A DNA stretch of 64,000 nucleotides from Eledone cirrhosa (GCA_964016885.1 OZ024759.1:25544001-25608000); one strand, 5' to 3'. Counted from the first letter of the stretch, positions 1-15,030 are shown. Numbers and translations: made by a program. Notes: generated by a model from the sequence alone, not told the origin.

Positions 1-203
1 GATCTCAAGCTGTGGCACGCCGCCCAGGCTTTGCTCTTCCTCTCAACCACATCATCTTCCGTATTCCTAATCTTTGCTCCCAAATACAGGAGGCCCTCAA
101 CCAAGTCTAGCGGCTCCCCTAGTGATCCTTTCTGGCTTCTCAACATTCTCTATCAGATATTTTGTTTTAGTCTCATTCATTCTCAGCCCCACGCTCATCG
201 ACA
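1..203 (-). mobile_element. RTE-type LINE fragment, RT thumb region (inverted part of a 5'-inverted copy)
   Basis: Minus-strand translation VGLRMNETKTKYL then, after a frameshift, EPLDLVEGLLYLGAKIRNTEDDVVERKSKAWAACHSLR; matches the GL.IN..KT / YLG pattern of non-LTR RTs. Confidence 0.7.
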
Positions 204-204
204 C

Positions 205-365
205 ACTAGATGGACACACTAGAAGAGGAAGACCAAGGTTAACGTATGTTGATGTCCTAAGGACAGACACTGGTCTGTTGGAGACGCAGGACATGGCAGC
301 GATAATGAGGGACAGAGACCGCTGGAGAGAACTCGGCCATGGATCTCGGGAATTTTACCCGCCTT

Positions 366-368
<3 letters not shown>
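205..368 (+). mobile_element. RTE-type LINE 3' end
   Basis: GHTRRGRPRLTYVDVLRTDTGLLETQDMAAIMRDRDRWREL is the typical RTE C-terminus (RGRP...DR..WR); it ends in (TA)n. Confidence 0.75.
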
Positions 369-402
<34 letters not shown>

Positions 403-408
<6 letters not shown>

Positions 409-615
409 ATTAGAAAGTGAACAACTCAATATATCCTGATAATATCTCTCTCTGATGAACGATCCAGATGTATATTAATATTGTGTAAGATCCAGAAACC
501 TTTGGTAATGGAATAGTTTTATATTGTGTTGTTCACTTTCTAATTAAATACCTCTGTTCTACACAGAAGACTCTTTTTTCTTTTTCTTTTTCTTTTTCTT
601 TTGAATTACCTAAAC
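403..615 (+). mobile_element. Fold-back element family A (copies at about 9488-9677 and 16110-16308) carrying a hammerhead motif
   Basis: 403-432 is the reverse complement of 520-550; GAAACCTTTGGTAATGGAA is shared by all three copies; flanked by (TA)n/(CA)n. Confidence 0.7.
452..507 (+). ncRNA. Type I hammerhead ribozyme motif (core complete, stems eroded)
   Basis: CTGATGA (452-458), GATC..GATC stem II, GAAA (495-498), CC-TTT-GG stem III, TA (506-507). Confidence 0.55.
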
Positions 616-726
616 CACACACACACACACACACACATATATATACATGTGTGGCTGTTTGTATGCGTGTGTATATATGTGTGTATGTGTATCTATATAT
701 CTTTGTATATATATATTTATGTATGT

Positions 727-835
<109 letters not shown>

Positions 836-979
836 TATCGCTAAAAACCACAGTCCTGGTGTTGTTACCAAAAATATCTCCAAGCGAAATCCGCGTGACC
901 CACCGCAGACTCAGCTGAAATTCTCGCTAACCAACATCTCGTCTCTATGAAATCAACCTTTGCGATAACAGAATGGAGG

Positions 980-1600
980 GGAAGTTGGTGGTGGTGGGGT
1001 GGCGGGGTGAATGATGAATTACATATTAACGTTAATGTTGTTGTTGGTAGTGATGTTGGTGGTGGTGTTGGTGGTGATGTTGGTGGTGATGTTGGTGGTG
1101 ATGATGTTGGTGGTGGTGGGTAGTGGTAGTGTTTGTGGCGTGTTCTGTTTGAGGTGTTAGTAGTGATGGTGATGGTGGTTGACATGATTAGGGTGATGGT
1201 AATGGTAATGGAGGATGGTGGTGGTGGTGATAGTGGAGGGTGGTGGTGGTGATGATGGTGGTGGAGGATGGTGGTAGTGTTGGTCGAGTGGTGGTGGTGG
1301 TAGTGGTGTGTAGTGGGTAGTGGTGGTGGCGAGTTGTCTTTCAAGGGTGGTGTTGGTGGTGGTTGTAGTAATGGTAATGTTGGTCGGGTTGTGGTGGTGG
1401 TGGTGGTGGTAGTGGTGGTGGTTGTATTTATCAAGCACCATCAAGGTGCTTGATATGGTGATGGTCTTGGTGGTAGAGTGTGATTATGGTGCTGGTATTG
1501 AAGGGTTGGTGGTCGTGGTGTGGTGGTAGTGTTGGCTTGTGGCGGCAATGTGGTGGTAGCGAGGTGTTTTTTTTTGTAAATTGTCATTGCTGATGTTGTT
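980..1600. repeat. (GGT)n-rich low-complexity tract
   Basis: Degenerate GGT/GAT/GTT triplets. Confidence 0.9.
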
Positions 1601-1717
1601 GCCTGGAGTATTAACGTGACAAAGGTCACCAAGAATCTGTTTATGTTGTTATAGATTCAACTAAGCATCCAATAAAAAAACCTTTAATCCCAACATATTA
1701 TTATTGGATTTACATAG

Positions 1718-2366
1718 GGCGGTGGATTGGCAGTATCGGTAGAGGGTCGGACGCCATGCTTTGACGCATAGAGTTATGGCCCTTGCCATTCTGAGTTCAA
1801 ATCCCGTCGAGGTTAACTTTGTCTTTCATCCTTACGGGGTCGATAAAATAAATTACCAGTAATGTACTGGGTAATTGCTGCCCTTGTGCCAAAAGAAGAA
1901 ACAATTATTATTGGATTTGCAGTATCAGTAGAAGGTCGGACACCATGCTTTGCAGCATAGAGTTATACCCCTTTACGGTCTCAGTTCAAATCCGGCCGAG
2001 GTTAACTTTGCCTTTCATCCTTACAGGGTCGATAAAATAAAGTACCAGTAATGCACTGGGATGATTGCTGGCCTTGTGCCAAAAGTAGAAACAATTATTA
2101 TTGGTGGATTGGCAGAATCGATAGAGCGTTGGACACCTTCCTGCGCGGCAGAAAGTTACGGCCCTTTACGTTCTGAGTTCAAATCCCACCGAGGTTAGCT
2201 TTGCCTTTCATCCTTACGACGTCGATAAATTAAAGTACCAATATTGCACTGGGATCAATTTAATCAACTCCCCAAAGTTGCTGGCCTTGTGCCTAAATCA
2301 GTTAGCTTTGCATTTCAACCATACGGTGTTGATAAAACAAAGTACCAGTAACGTACTGGGGTCAAT
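1718..2366 (+). mobile_element. Tandem cluster of 3-4 tRNA-derived SINE copies
   Basis: Repeated TGGCAG..TCGGTAGAG (A box) and GAGTTCAAATCC (B box), then GAGGTTAACTTTGCCTTTCATCCTTACGGGGTCGATAAAATAAAGTACCAGT and an ATT tail. Confidence 0.85.
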
Positions 2367-2370
2367 ATAT

Positions 2371-2403
<33 letters not shown>

Positions 2404-2559
2404 AGCAAGTATTGCACCAAGAAAATTATAAACGTCGGCGTGAAAGAGATAAGAAATTTATTTGCTTTAACATATGTTTCTGTATCTATTATAATCGTCT
2501 ACATATGCTGACTACAATATATATTGTTCAATCATATTTAATACTTAATTATTTATATA

Positions 2560-2618
<59 letters not shown>

Positions 2619-2839
2619 AATGAATAGAGATGCTGTGTGTGAGAAATTACAGACACGCGCTATATCGCCTGTAATGAAAGCTCAAGGATAAATTCTGAGC
2701 TCTTAATAATATATATTTAAAAGCGAATGACATAGAAATATATCAAACAATACACAGGAGATAATTTGTAAAAAAATGTATGAACATATTAATCACAAAC
2801 GAGCAGTGTAGTATTGTTAAACTGCCTAAACTGTTTATG

Positions 2840-3470
2840 CTTGTGTATTTGTGTGTGTATCTGTATATCTGTATATGTATGTGTATCTGTGTGTGTGACT
2901 ATGTGTCTCTGTATATGTGTATGTATATCTCTGTGTGTGTGTCTGTATATATCTGTATATCTCTGTGTATGTGTATCTGTGTGTGTGTATGTGCGTGTGT
3001 GTGTGTATGTGTATCTGTGTGTGACTGTGTGTCTCTGTATATCTGTGTGTGTGTGTCTGTGTATATCTGTATATCTGTGTGTATGTGTGTATGTGTGTGC
3101 GTGTGTGTGTATGTGTATCTGTGTGTGTGACTGTGTGTCTCTGTATATGTGTATGTATATCTGCGTGTGTGTGTGTGTGTGTCTGTGTATATCTGTACAT
3201 CTGTGTGTATGTGTATCTGTGTGTGTGTGTGTGACTGTGTGTCTCTGTATATGTGAATGTGTATCTGTGTGTGTGTGTGTGACTGTGTGTCTCTGTATAT
3301 GTGAATGTGTATCTGTGTGTGTGTGTCTGTATATATCTGTACATCTGTGTGTATGTGTATCTGTGTGTGTGTATGTGTGTGTGTATTTGTGTGTGTATAT
3401 CTGTATCTCCGTATTTGTGCATGTATGTATATCTGTGTCTACCTCTGTATGTTTGTGTATCTGTGTCTAT
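2840..3470. repeat. Compound (TG)/(TA)/(TC) microsatellite-derived satellite
   Basis: Recurrent GTGTGACTGTGTGTCTCTGTATAT units. Confidence 0.9.
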
Positions 3471-3916
3471 GTAACAAGGTTTTTTTTTTCTTCTGTTGTG
3501 TTGTCTTATCTCAAAAAGCAGTAATAATGGAGAGAAACTCTACCAGAAAGGATGGGTCTCTCATCTATTGTTTGACGTTTACAGCTGTGTCCTAAAAAAT
3601 AAACAAAGCGCCTTTTCTACGCATGAAACACTTCCAAAGAGAATTATTTTTTGGATGCTTTACTTGTGTTTTTGGTGTTATTTTTTTCAGTTTTGTTTTT
3701 TTGAAATCTTAATTTTTTAAAGCGGAAGGAGATATTATTTTTTACAATAGGAAACCATATCTCTCTCTTCCTCTCCACACCGATCTCTAATTCTACACCG
3801 CCCTCTCTCTCTATATATATATACGTTGGTATAGTCTCGGTTACACACTCCTTTTATACAGATAGAACTTTATACACACACACACACACGTACACGCATA
3901 TATATATACATATATA

Positions 3917-4684
3917 TAGTTTTCAAATCATTAAAGAAATAATAAGTTTGAGGACTTTAGTAATACAATAAATTTTCTTATTGCAGCATAACTTAACAAA
4001 GGTTCTTACATAAAATCATAATGAAAGGTTTATTTTTAATAAATATAAGCATTTTAAATTATATAGCTTTATATGATAGAATAATAGTCGATTCCAGGCG
4101 GTTTGGTATCGAAATGGTGAACTAGACAACAGTCATTATTCAAAAGCACACACACAGCACAGCACATTTTGGGGCGGAATTTAAACTCAGAAAATAAAGA
4201 TGCAAATCAGAATTGAGTAAGGACCTCACCCCTCTACACACATTACCATATAAACCCTTAATGTTTCCATTACAATATTTCTCATAAAAGAAGCTGTCTA
4301 TAGTTTTCCAATCATTTCGAAAATAATCAACAACAATGTGCTTTAAAACCAGAATTGCAGTCAAGTCAAGTAAATGAGCCCTAGAGATCATTGCAGCTGG
4401 TGGCCCCTGGTATAGCTTATTATATCATCGACAATTTTTGCTTTCACAACTCTACTTTTGAATAATGACTGTTGTCTAGTTCACCATTTCGATACCAAAC
4501 CGCCTGGAGTCGACTATTATTCTATCATATAAAGCTATATAATTTAAAATGCTTATATTTATAAAAAATAAACCTTTCATTATGATTTTATGTAAGAACC
4601 TTTGTTAAGCTATGCTGCAATGAGAACATTTATTGTATTACTAAAGTCCTCAAACTTATTATTTCTTTAATGATTTGAAAACTA
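3917..4684. repeat. Long inverted repeat: about 230-bp arms (3917-4146 / 4455-4684), 308-bp spacer
   Basis: Arms are near-identical reverse complements, e.g. GGTTTGGTATCGAAATGGTGAACTAGACAACAGTCATTATTCAAAAG. Confidence 0.92.
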
Positions 4685-5082
4685 TTGGGACTATCTTTCA
4701 TTAGAAACATAGTAACGAAAAGACTGAAGTGTTTATATTTATCTAAACGCCTTTAGTTATAATTTCATGCAAGAACCTTTGTTAAGTTATGTTCCAAACA
4801 TCAACTAAATAATGATGTGAAAATCATAAGCAGTCATTCATAAGAAATATGGTATAAACCTTTTTGTGTACAATATTATTGGCAGAAACGTTAGACAGAT
4901 TACTTAACTAAATATTGTGTAGTGTTTAAGGTCCATGATGAACCTGAAGGGAAACTGTTTCTTTGGTCACCTGATGCAAAGTGCCGAGTAGGATGTCCTA
5001 ACATAATTATCAGGACTCTGTTGGCGAGGAACACAGGCCTCATTAGACAGGACCTTCTTGCTGCCGCAGCAGCAACAACAAC

Positions 5083-5152
<70 letters not shown>

Positions 5153-5624
5153 ATGTGTGAACGCTAAATCAGACGGATGTGCCACTACTTAAAGTCAAGT
5201 GTTTACTCTTTATTTTATCCCTCACCTTATTTCTTATTTCTACCCCCTTTTCTCAATAATTCCTAACCCAGACCTCCACTCCCCCACATCAGTTGTACAC
5301 CCCGATGTCTCTACAGCTATTCACACGTTTCCACATCTTCGCCACCCTCGCTCTCACCAACTTCTCTCAACCATACCGTCCCTCCCATCAACACCACGAC
5401 CACCAACAACATCCCTAACAACACCAACAACAACAACAACATCAACAACGCCACCAACAATACAACTACGACCATCACCACTAACATCAACAACAACAAC
5501 AACACCAACATCGCCACCACCAACAACAACAATACCACTAACACAATCAGCAATACCAACACCAATATCTATAACAACAACACCATCACCAACAACAACC
5601 AGGGGAGAGGTCATTACATCGCCT

Positions 5625-5752
5625 CTAGTACGTGACTGGTACTTTATTTTACCCTGAAATGATGAAAGGCAAAGAAGTCCTTGGCCGAGTTTGAACTCAG
5701 GCAGTAAAAATCTGGAATAAATGCCTCAAAGCATTTTCCCCGACACTCTAAC
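5625..5752 (-). mobile_element. tRNA-SINE fragment
   Basis: GACTGGTACTTTATTTTACCCTGAAATGATGAAAGGCAAAG...TTTGAACTCAG; reverse of the 1718 family. Confidence 0.7.
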
Positions 5753-6394
5753 GCAGTGGTTCCCTAACTTTTTTTCTCTGGGACGCATTTTCAGAATGAA
5801 AGTTTGCTCGTGCCTCACCAAATTTTATATGATAAAAAGTACATTTAAAAATAAAAAACAAGTAATAGTGCGTTAAATGGCTCTTCCAGATGGAATGGCG
5901 CTTCCAGCGCATCTCCTTTACCATCCTCCGGGGAAGCGCCTTCTCCATTCTGTTCGCCGGGTCCGTGGGACCCCATTTGCTCGTAATAGAGAGAGATGGA
6001 GGCGATGACAGTGGGAGTTCGGCTCTTCTGTGTTCAGACCTGGTGTACAGCATCAGTTATCCATAAGGAGGTAGTGATTCATCTACTATTATAGAGTAGA
6101 TATCTGCCTTATTGTTGCCATGAAAAATCAATATCATCAACAAAACACATGAATAAGTTATAATAGGATTAAAGCAGACAAATTTAATGAAAGGTACGAA
6201 CTTGTTTTTGACGAGTAATCACCTTATATTAGATCTAATTTGAAATAAACAAACTCTCGTTTCCCCATCAACACAAAGAAGCCTTTCCCTTTTTTGGTTT
6301 TTGATATTTGTCAGAACCGAAAATCCTTGTTCACAGCAATATGTCGTGGAGAACTGTAAAAAAATGGATACATTTTTTATTGTTTTTCAATACA

Positions 6395-6429
<35 letters not shown>

Positions 6430-6546
6430 AGGAGTATAACTCGGAGTTACTGTATGTTCACCCATGTCTATTCATTCTGTCATTACTACCACAGGAGTCG
6501 GACGAGCCATTGATTACAGAGTCGGGATAGATCGATACAGATCGAA

Positions 6547-6590
6547 CCTTGAGCTGATCAATAGCGAAACGCGCGTCATCAACCAATAAA
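6547..6590 (+). ncRNA. Degenerate minimal hammerhead followed by AATAAA
   Basis: (cct)TGA-GCT gatcaat AGC-GAAA-CGCGCG-TC; palindromic stem III; CTGA part eroded; AATAAA at 6585-6590. Confidence 0.5.
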
Positions 6591-6767
6591 CGTAATGAAG
6601 GAGTAACCATTCGTACTTGTTTTATTATATATATATATTTAATATCATATTATATGTACTGTCAAGAGTTTCCGTAGAATAGATAGAGAGCCAGATATAT
6701 TTTTATAAATAATTTTTCAACGCAGTTACTTGCTACCTATGGTTTCAAAGCATTGGTTTTAGAGACC

Positions 6768-6832
<65 letters not shown>

Positions 6833-7039
6833 ACGCACACGCACACGCACACACATATATATATAAATAGATAGATAGATAGATAGATATAAATACATAT
6901 ATATATATATATATAAATAGACATACCTTGACTCTCCAACTCGGGTCCCAGCCCCGCACGCTGGACTACACATCTACTACCCCATACCAGCCTTCTTAAA
7001 ATTTGTTCTTTTTACAAACTATGATGTACTAACCCCCCC

Positions 7040-7480
7040 CCCCCCTCCTCTCTCTGATCTCTCCATTTCCCAAACAACGACTTATGTCTTACACGTCGAA
7101 AAGTCTTCATCTACTTCTTCCTAAGTGTGAAACTAATAAAACTTTTGGTTTTTTTTTTTAATCTGTGTGTTTGTCTTGTCATTTCTTGAACTATATATGC
7201 ATATATATATATATATGTGTGTGTATGTGTGTGTGTGTGTGTGTGTATGTGTGTATGTGTGTGTGGGGGGTATGTGTATACATATAAATGAATATATATA
7301 TATAATTTTTTTTTCCCCCAAACTCTGATATTCCATCCTGTTCTCTCTCTCTCCCCGAACTCTCAATTTCATGAAGAAGGACTTATGTCAAACACGTCGA
7401 AAAACCTTCATCTACTTCTTCCTAAGCGTGAAACTAATAAGACTTTGTGTTTTGCATCTTTGTCTTATCATTTCTTGAAA
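7040..7480 (+). repeat. Two tandem copies of a short element (third, partial copy on minus near 18780-18815) with an eroded hammerhead
   Basis: Shared GACTTATGTC..ACACGTCGAAAA..CTTCATCTACTTCTTCCTAAGYGTGAAACTAATAA; TGAAGA-(AG)GACTTATGTC in copy 2. Confidence 0.6.
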
Positions 7481-7684
7481 TGTATATGTACGTCTGTGTA
7501 TGTGGGGGGGGGGGGTCGTGTGTGTGTGTGTGTGGAATATGTGGCAGTGTGAAAGTGTGTACAATTAAAATCAAATCATAATTTTTTAAATTAAATTTTT
7601 AAAACAAAAAAAAAACAATTTTAATAAAAAATCCCTAAATAATTGTACAACCAAGAAAGTTGCATCAAACTTTGTACTATTATG

Positions 7685-7860
7685 CAAACAGGAAGTGGAA
7701 ACAAAAAAAGACAACAAACACACGTATCTGTTTCCGGTGAGTACACACATTAAGGCTAATAATGAATCAGTTTTTTTGGTTTTTGTAGACGTCAGGAGTC
7801 TGTCGTGATGCCGCCATTCTACTTTCGTCAACACACCGTCTTTGATGACGTCATACAAAG
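7685..7860. promoter_or_regulatory. Putative promoter/enhancer motif cluster
   Basis: CRE palindrome ATGACGTCAT (7845-7854), GACGTCA at about 7788, ETS-like CAGGAAGTG at about 7689, YY1-like CCGCCATT at 7811, in non-repetitive sequence. Confidence 0.3.
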
Positions 7861-7915
7861 AGCACCTTGCTTTCAAAGAGAGGTCACTAGCAACGGTATC
7901 ACCGATCTCTCTCTC

Positions 7916-7964
<49 letters not shown>

Positions 7965-8699
7965 CTCTCTCTCTCTCTCTCTCTCCCCTCTCTCTCTCTT
8001 ACACACACACTCTTTCTCTGTCTGTAGTTTGCCCAAAATGCCAGGTCCTTCGCTAACCCTGTCAATGAGTCAAACATACTTCAACTCATTAAAGTGACTC
8101 GTTAAGCAAAACGCTGCTATGTGGTGTATTTCACACGCTGGAATTTTTCTCACAATTAAAATCGTTTCACCGACATATGTATATCAGATATGTAGAAGCA
8201 TACAAACGCATACATGCATGCATACATACATTCACATGCATATACATACATTCATTCATACATAGATGCATATACACACATACATATACACACACATAGA
8301 TACATGAATACATACATACATACATACATACATACATACATACATACATACATACATACATACATACATACAAACATATACATACACTCACATACATATA
8401 TTCATACATACCTACATGCATATATACACACACACATACATACACATACATACATGAATACATACATACATCTTTTACAACCTTGCCACCAGGAAGGTGG
8501 CCGATCAAAAAAATATACTTGAAATTGAGAGAAAGAGATAACATACATAATTCATAAATACATACATACACACACATATATTGCTTTTATGATCTGGGAA
8601 GGTATATGTTTTGTCAACACTATAAGAGAGACTGAGAAAAAGAGAGGGAGGAAGATAAGGTGCATATGAACATGTCACTTGATCAGGAGTATTATTATG

Positions 8700-8895
8700 A
8701 TTTGGCAGTATCGGTAGAGGGCCGGACGCCATGCTTTCCAGCATAGTTACGTCCCTTTACGATCTGATTTCAAATCTGATTTCAAATCCCGCCGAGGTTT
8801 ACTTTGCCTTTCATCCTTACGGGGTCGATAAAATAAAGTACCAGTAATGCACTGGGTAATTGCTGGCCTTGTGCCTAAAGTAGAAACAATTATTA
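8700..8895 (+). mobile_element. tRNA-SINE
   Basis: Full copy of the 1718 family with a duplicated B-box segment. Confidence 0.85.
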
Positions 8896-8897
8896 TG

Positions 8898-8929
<32 letters not shown>

Positions 8930-8960
8930 GCAGGTATGTGTATATATATATTTATATATA

Positions 8961-9140
8961 TATTGTTATGATTTGGAAGAGGCACGCTGCCAATAAAAAC
9001 TCAAACACCTGTGTGGTTCCACTACAATTTAATATTGTCATATTTCAGTCGGTTAGTTTAATAACCAGATGGTTGTTTAGTTGTGGATAGTGAAAGCTCA
9101 TTCGTCACACATTTTGTGACCTCCTTAGTGACTACTTGTG
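8961..9140 (-). mobile_element. Family B element with degenerate hammerhead (9087-9135); related copies at 24041-24270, 31085-31175, 34914-35068, 43767-44104, 61365-61464
   Basis: Minus strand: GTAGTCA-CTAAGGA-G GTCACA aaatg TGTGAC-GAAT-GAGC-TT-TCACTAT; family signature TATTGTTATACTTTGGGAGGGTCATGTTGCCAATAAGAAACACACGCACC. Confidence 0.65.
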
Positions 9141-9260
9141 TTGTTATTTTGTGTCTCTCCTTTTTTCTGATTTGCACCATCTTGTTTTCGTGTAAAACAC
9201 TTAAATAATGACATTCCTGATAATTTCAAACGAATGAAACAGTTCCAGTCTTTAGAAGTC

Positions 9261-9400
<140 letters not shown>

Positions 9401-9674
9401 CTTTGATAACTTTGATAGGTTTTGGCCAGTATTGGCCCAGGCCACATCTAACAATATATGTATATATATATATATATATATATTATTTACATAATAAACA
9501 ACACAATATAATTACTTCATCTTGAGCGTACTGGACGTTTCTGTTAGGATCGTCTAGTTTCTTGAAACCTTTGGTAATGGAATAATTACATTGTGTTGTT
9601 TATTATGTAATTAAATAGCTCTGTACTATACGTAGAGCACTCTTCTTTCCTTTACCTTTTTTACGGAAATACTT

Positions 9675-9797
<123 letters not shown>

Positions 9798-9943
9798 ACA
9801 CGGGTGTGTATGATTGTGTATAGAAGATTATATTAATAAAAGGAATTCCAACTTTGTCTGATTTACTCGTTTTATTTACAATCCTTTAAAATTTATAATG
9901 GTATTAGAATGAAATTGTATGGTATGAAATGTTAAGTGTTAAT

Positions 9944-9982
9944 TGAACAAGTACTTTCATGCTTTCGCAATCTTCAGGTTCA
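9944..9982 (-). ncRNA. Minimal type I hammerhead ribozyme (complete core)
   Basis: Minus strand: TGAAC-CTGAAGA-TTGC GAAA GCAT-GAAA-GTAC-TT-GTTCA; 5-bp stem I, GNRA-capped stem II, palindromic stem III. Confidence 0.75.
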
Positions 9983-10316
9983 TATTGTGTGGTGACAGTC
10001 AAGTTTGCAATTTTCACAGTTGAAATATGATTGTGTGTCTTTATATCTGTATATAAATGTGTCTATGTGTGAGTGTATACACCACCATCACTATTACCAC
10101 TAGGACCATCATCATCATCACCATTAACAACAAGACTAACATCACCACAACCAACAACAACACCACTAACAGCAAAACAACAACAATCAATATAATGTGA
10201 AATTTCCAACGGAAAGAAGAGTCTAATATCTGAAATAGATGACAAAAGAACCATTGTTTTATTATATCATGTGTGTAGTGTGTGTGTGTGCGTGTATGTG
10301 TGTGAGTGTGCGTATC

Positions 10317-10373
<57 letters not shown>

Positions 10374-10394
10374 ATGTGTGTGTGTATATATGTA

Positions 10395-10459
<65 letters not shown>

Positions 10460-10545
10460 ATGTGTGTGTGTGTGTGTGTCTATGTATACATATATATATA
10501 TGTGTGTGTGTGTGTGTATGTGTGTGTGTGTGTGTCTATGTATAC

Positions 10546-10586
<41 letters not shown>

Positions 10587-10710
10587 TGCATATTTGTATA
10601 TTTGAGTGTATGTGTGTATGTGCGTGTGAATTGGGTGTGAGTGTGTTTGTGTCTGTATGGATATACGTATGTTTGTGTATGTGTCTCAATGTGTGTTTAT
10701 GTATGTGTAT

Positions 10711-11195
10711 GTGGCGGAGTACTTAAGACGTTTGTTTCGCAATTTTGAGCTTGCAGTTTCGATGCCACCCCTTGAGCAAGTATCTTTAACATATCCTCGG
10801 GTCGACCGAAGCCTTGTCTGTCGAATTTGGTAGATAGATGCTGTGTGGAAGCCCATCAGATGGGCTGTATCTTTAATTTAAAGGTCCAGCCATGTCACGT
10901 ATTGTGTGACACTATTTTGCTTGCGAATAACGTACACGTCTCTGTGTGCGGAATACTCAACTACTTAGATGTTACTTCAGTTTTTCGAAAGATTCGGTCA
11001 CTCTTCGTCGAAACCGGTGAAGATCCATGCATCTTATCGTATACTCTTCCACGCTGAATCTTCCTGAGAATTACGTTAAACGTACAGGTGTCTGTCTGTG
11101 GAACACTCAACCACTTAGACGCAATTCACGAACCAGAGGTTCATTTGTTAGAATGATTCGGTCGTTCTTCGCCGAAAGTGACGGAGAGTTCTTTA
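10711..11195 (+). mobile_element. tRNA-SINE with a duplicated 3' module
   Basis: A/B-box-like head, CTTGAGCAAGT..., GAATTTGGTAGA...GAAGCCC, then two diverged copies of a ...TACGTTAA..GTACA.GTGTCTGTG.GGAA.ACTCAACCACTTAGA module. Confidence 0.6.
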
Positions 11196-11292
11196 CTGCG
11201 TCTGTTTTTAAACCCCATGAATAGATCTACACGTGAACTGGTTGTTATAAAATCTATGTATGTATACATATATTGTATATATATATATATTG

Positions 11293-11379
<87 letters not shown>

Positions 11380-11399
11380 ATATATTATATATATATATA

Positions 11400-11602
11400 T
11401 ATTAGTAAAAGGAAAAGAAAATGCTGACAAATTTTTCCCAGTGAAAAATAGTTTAATTGGGAATAAGTATAAATTAGTAATAAGTATTGGTTAGTATTCA
11501 GTTTTAGTTTTAAGTTTTTACCGGTTGCGCATTTCTAGTGCTTTTCAAAAATAATTTTGAGATAGAGCGCTCGTGATGTTTGCTCTCTTGTTACACCTCA
11601 AT

Positions 11603-11610
<8 letters not shown>
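11400..11610 (-). mobile_element. Family C element (same family as the 38681-39072 palindrome)
   Basis: Shares AAAATGCTGACAAATT...TTACCGGTTGCGCATTTCTA..TGCTTTTCAAAAATAATTTTGAGATAGAG; embedded in (TA)n. Confidence 0.8.
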
Positions 11611-11673
<63 letters not shown>

Positions 11674-11717
11674 TATATATATATATACATTTATATGTAT
11701 ATATATGCACTGTATAC

Positions 11718-11764
<47 letters not shown>

Positions 11765-11954
11765 TATATATAAATAATACATGGATAACATCCATGAGCT
11801 TGGCTGGTCAAGCTTGGGATCCAGCCGGATCAGTTGGAAATGGTTGCTTCTGACAGGGCCTACTGGAAGGAGTGTTTGAGGACTTTGCTCCAACAACCAT
11901 CTCAGGAATAAGTGGGCAAAAAATAAGATTGTATTTCGTAAAAATGATTTTAAG

Positions 11955-13527
<1,573 letters not shown>

Positions 13528-13530
<3 letters not shown>

Positions 13531-13772
13531 TAGATAAATCTACCAAGAGTTTACGGTAGTGTCCAATCCGTATGAAGAACTCAATGTAATCCGGATATCA
13601 TGGAAAGAAGAGATGCATTCAAAAATCACATTCGGTGAAAGATAAAGATCTGTTGAATATGCATGCCAATTCTAACACATATATGTCCTAGAAACGATCG
13701 TTAAATAATGAACTTTTTTTGTTTAATATAAGGAACTGTTTCATTGTTTTATTCATTATTTTTTTAATATTT
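13528..13772. mobile_element. Family G element (copies at 16333-16723 and 31846-31982)
   Basis: Shared TGTAGATAAATCTACCAA...GGTAGTGTCCAATCCGTATGAAGAACTCAATG; hammerhead 3' half CCTAGAAACGATCGT here and at 16646. Confidence 0.8.
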
Positions 13773-14256
13773 TATATGTATATATATATATATATGTGTT
13801 TGTGTGTGAATGTGTGTATATATATATATATACATGTATATGTGTGTGTATGTGTGTATTTGTTTGTGGAAGTATGTTATGTACAAAATCTCGTGATTTT
13901 ATCTACAAGTAAATTGGTATGTATAGATATATATACATATGTATGCATCTATTTGGTTGTATACGTATATGTATGTGTCCGTGCGTGTGTTTGTGTATGT
14001 ATATGTAAGTGTGTGTATACAAATCTGTCTGTATGTGTATGCAAGTGCGTGCTGTGTGTGTATTTGTATGCAAGCGTGCGTGTGTGTGTGTGTGTACAAG
14101 TGTGTATGTGTGTGTACAAGTGTGTGTGTTTATGTATGGTGTGTTTGTGTGTGTGCGAAAATGTGCAGATAACGTGGAAAGAGAACATCTAACCGGATCT
14201 ATTCACATCTTGGATATTCCCGAAAGATGTTGGAAATGATAACAAGTGGAGCTAGA

Positions 14257-14257
<1 letters not shown>

Positions 14258-14331
<74 letters not shown>

Positions 14332-14555
14332 GGACAGACAGAGAGGGAGAGAGAAGAAGAGAGAGGGACAGAAGGAGAGCGGGAGAGAGAGATGATGAGA
14401 GAGGGAGTGAGAGCGAAAGAGAGCGAGAGAGAGGGTGTGAGTGAGAAAGAGAGCAAAGAGAGAGGGGTATGAATGAGAAAGAGAGTGAGAGAGAGAGAGA
14501 AGGGCGAGAGAGAAAGAGAGCAAAGGGAGAGTGGGGTTTGGAGCGATAACAAGTG

Positions 14556-14619
<64 letters not shown>

Positions 14620-14700
14620 GAGAGAGAGAGGCAGAGAAAGCGGGAGAGAGTAAGGGATATAGAGATAGAGAGTAAGAGAGAGGGGTGGGGCTGAATGGGA
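14258..14700. repeat. (GA)n polypurine tract
   Basis: GA dinucleotide-rich. Confidence 0.95.
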
Positions 14701-14989
14701 GTGAGGGGTTCTCTGGGAAAGGGGAGAGGATTCATGTATTGTTCTTTGACAACAAAATACATGTAATAATTATATAGACATCTTTCTCACACTCACCTAC
14801 TCCATTACTCATATATACACACTGCACGTATACATCTATATGCGCCACACATATATATACAGTCTATGTATATATTACACATATAGATACACACAAAATA
14901 TATATACATCACACATAAACATCAGACATATACAGCGCACGTATATATATATATACATCACACATAAACATCAGACATATACAGCGCAC

Positions 14990-15030
<41 letters not shown>

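Noticed and set aside
1718-1810. tRNA gene (A and B boxes)
   Set aside because: No cloverleaf; runs into a multi-copy SINE body
2630-2705. Hammerhead-like ATTACAG/CTGTAAT-GAAA-GCTC..GAGC-TC
   Set aside because: No CTGANGA and no stem I; possible relic but not counted
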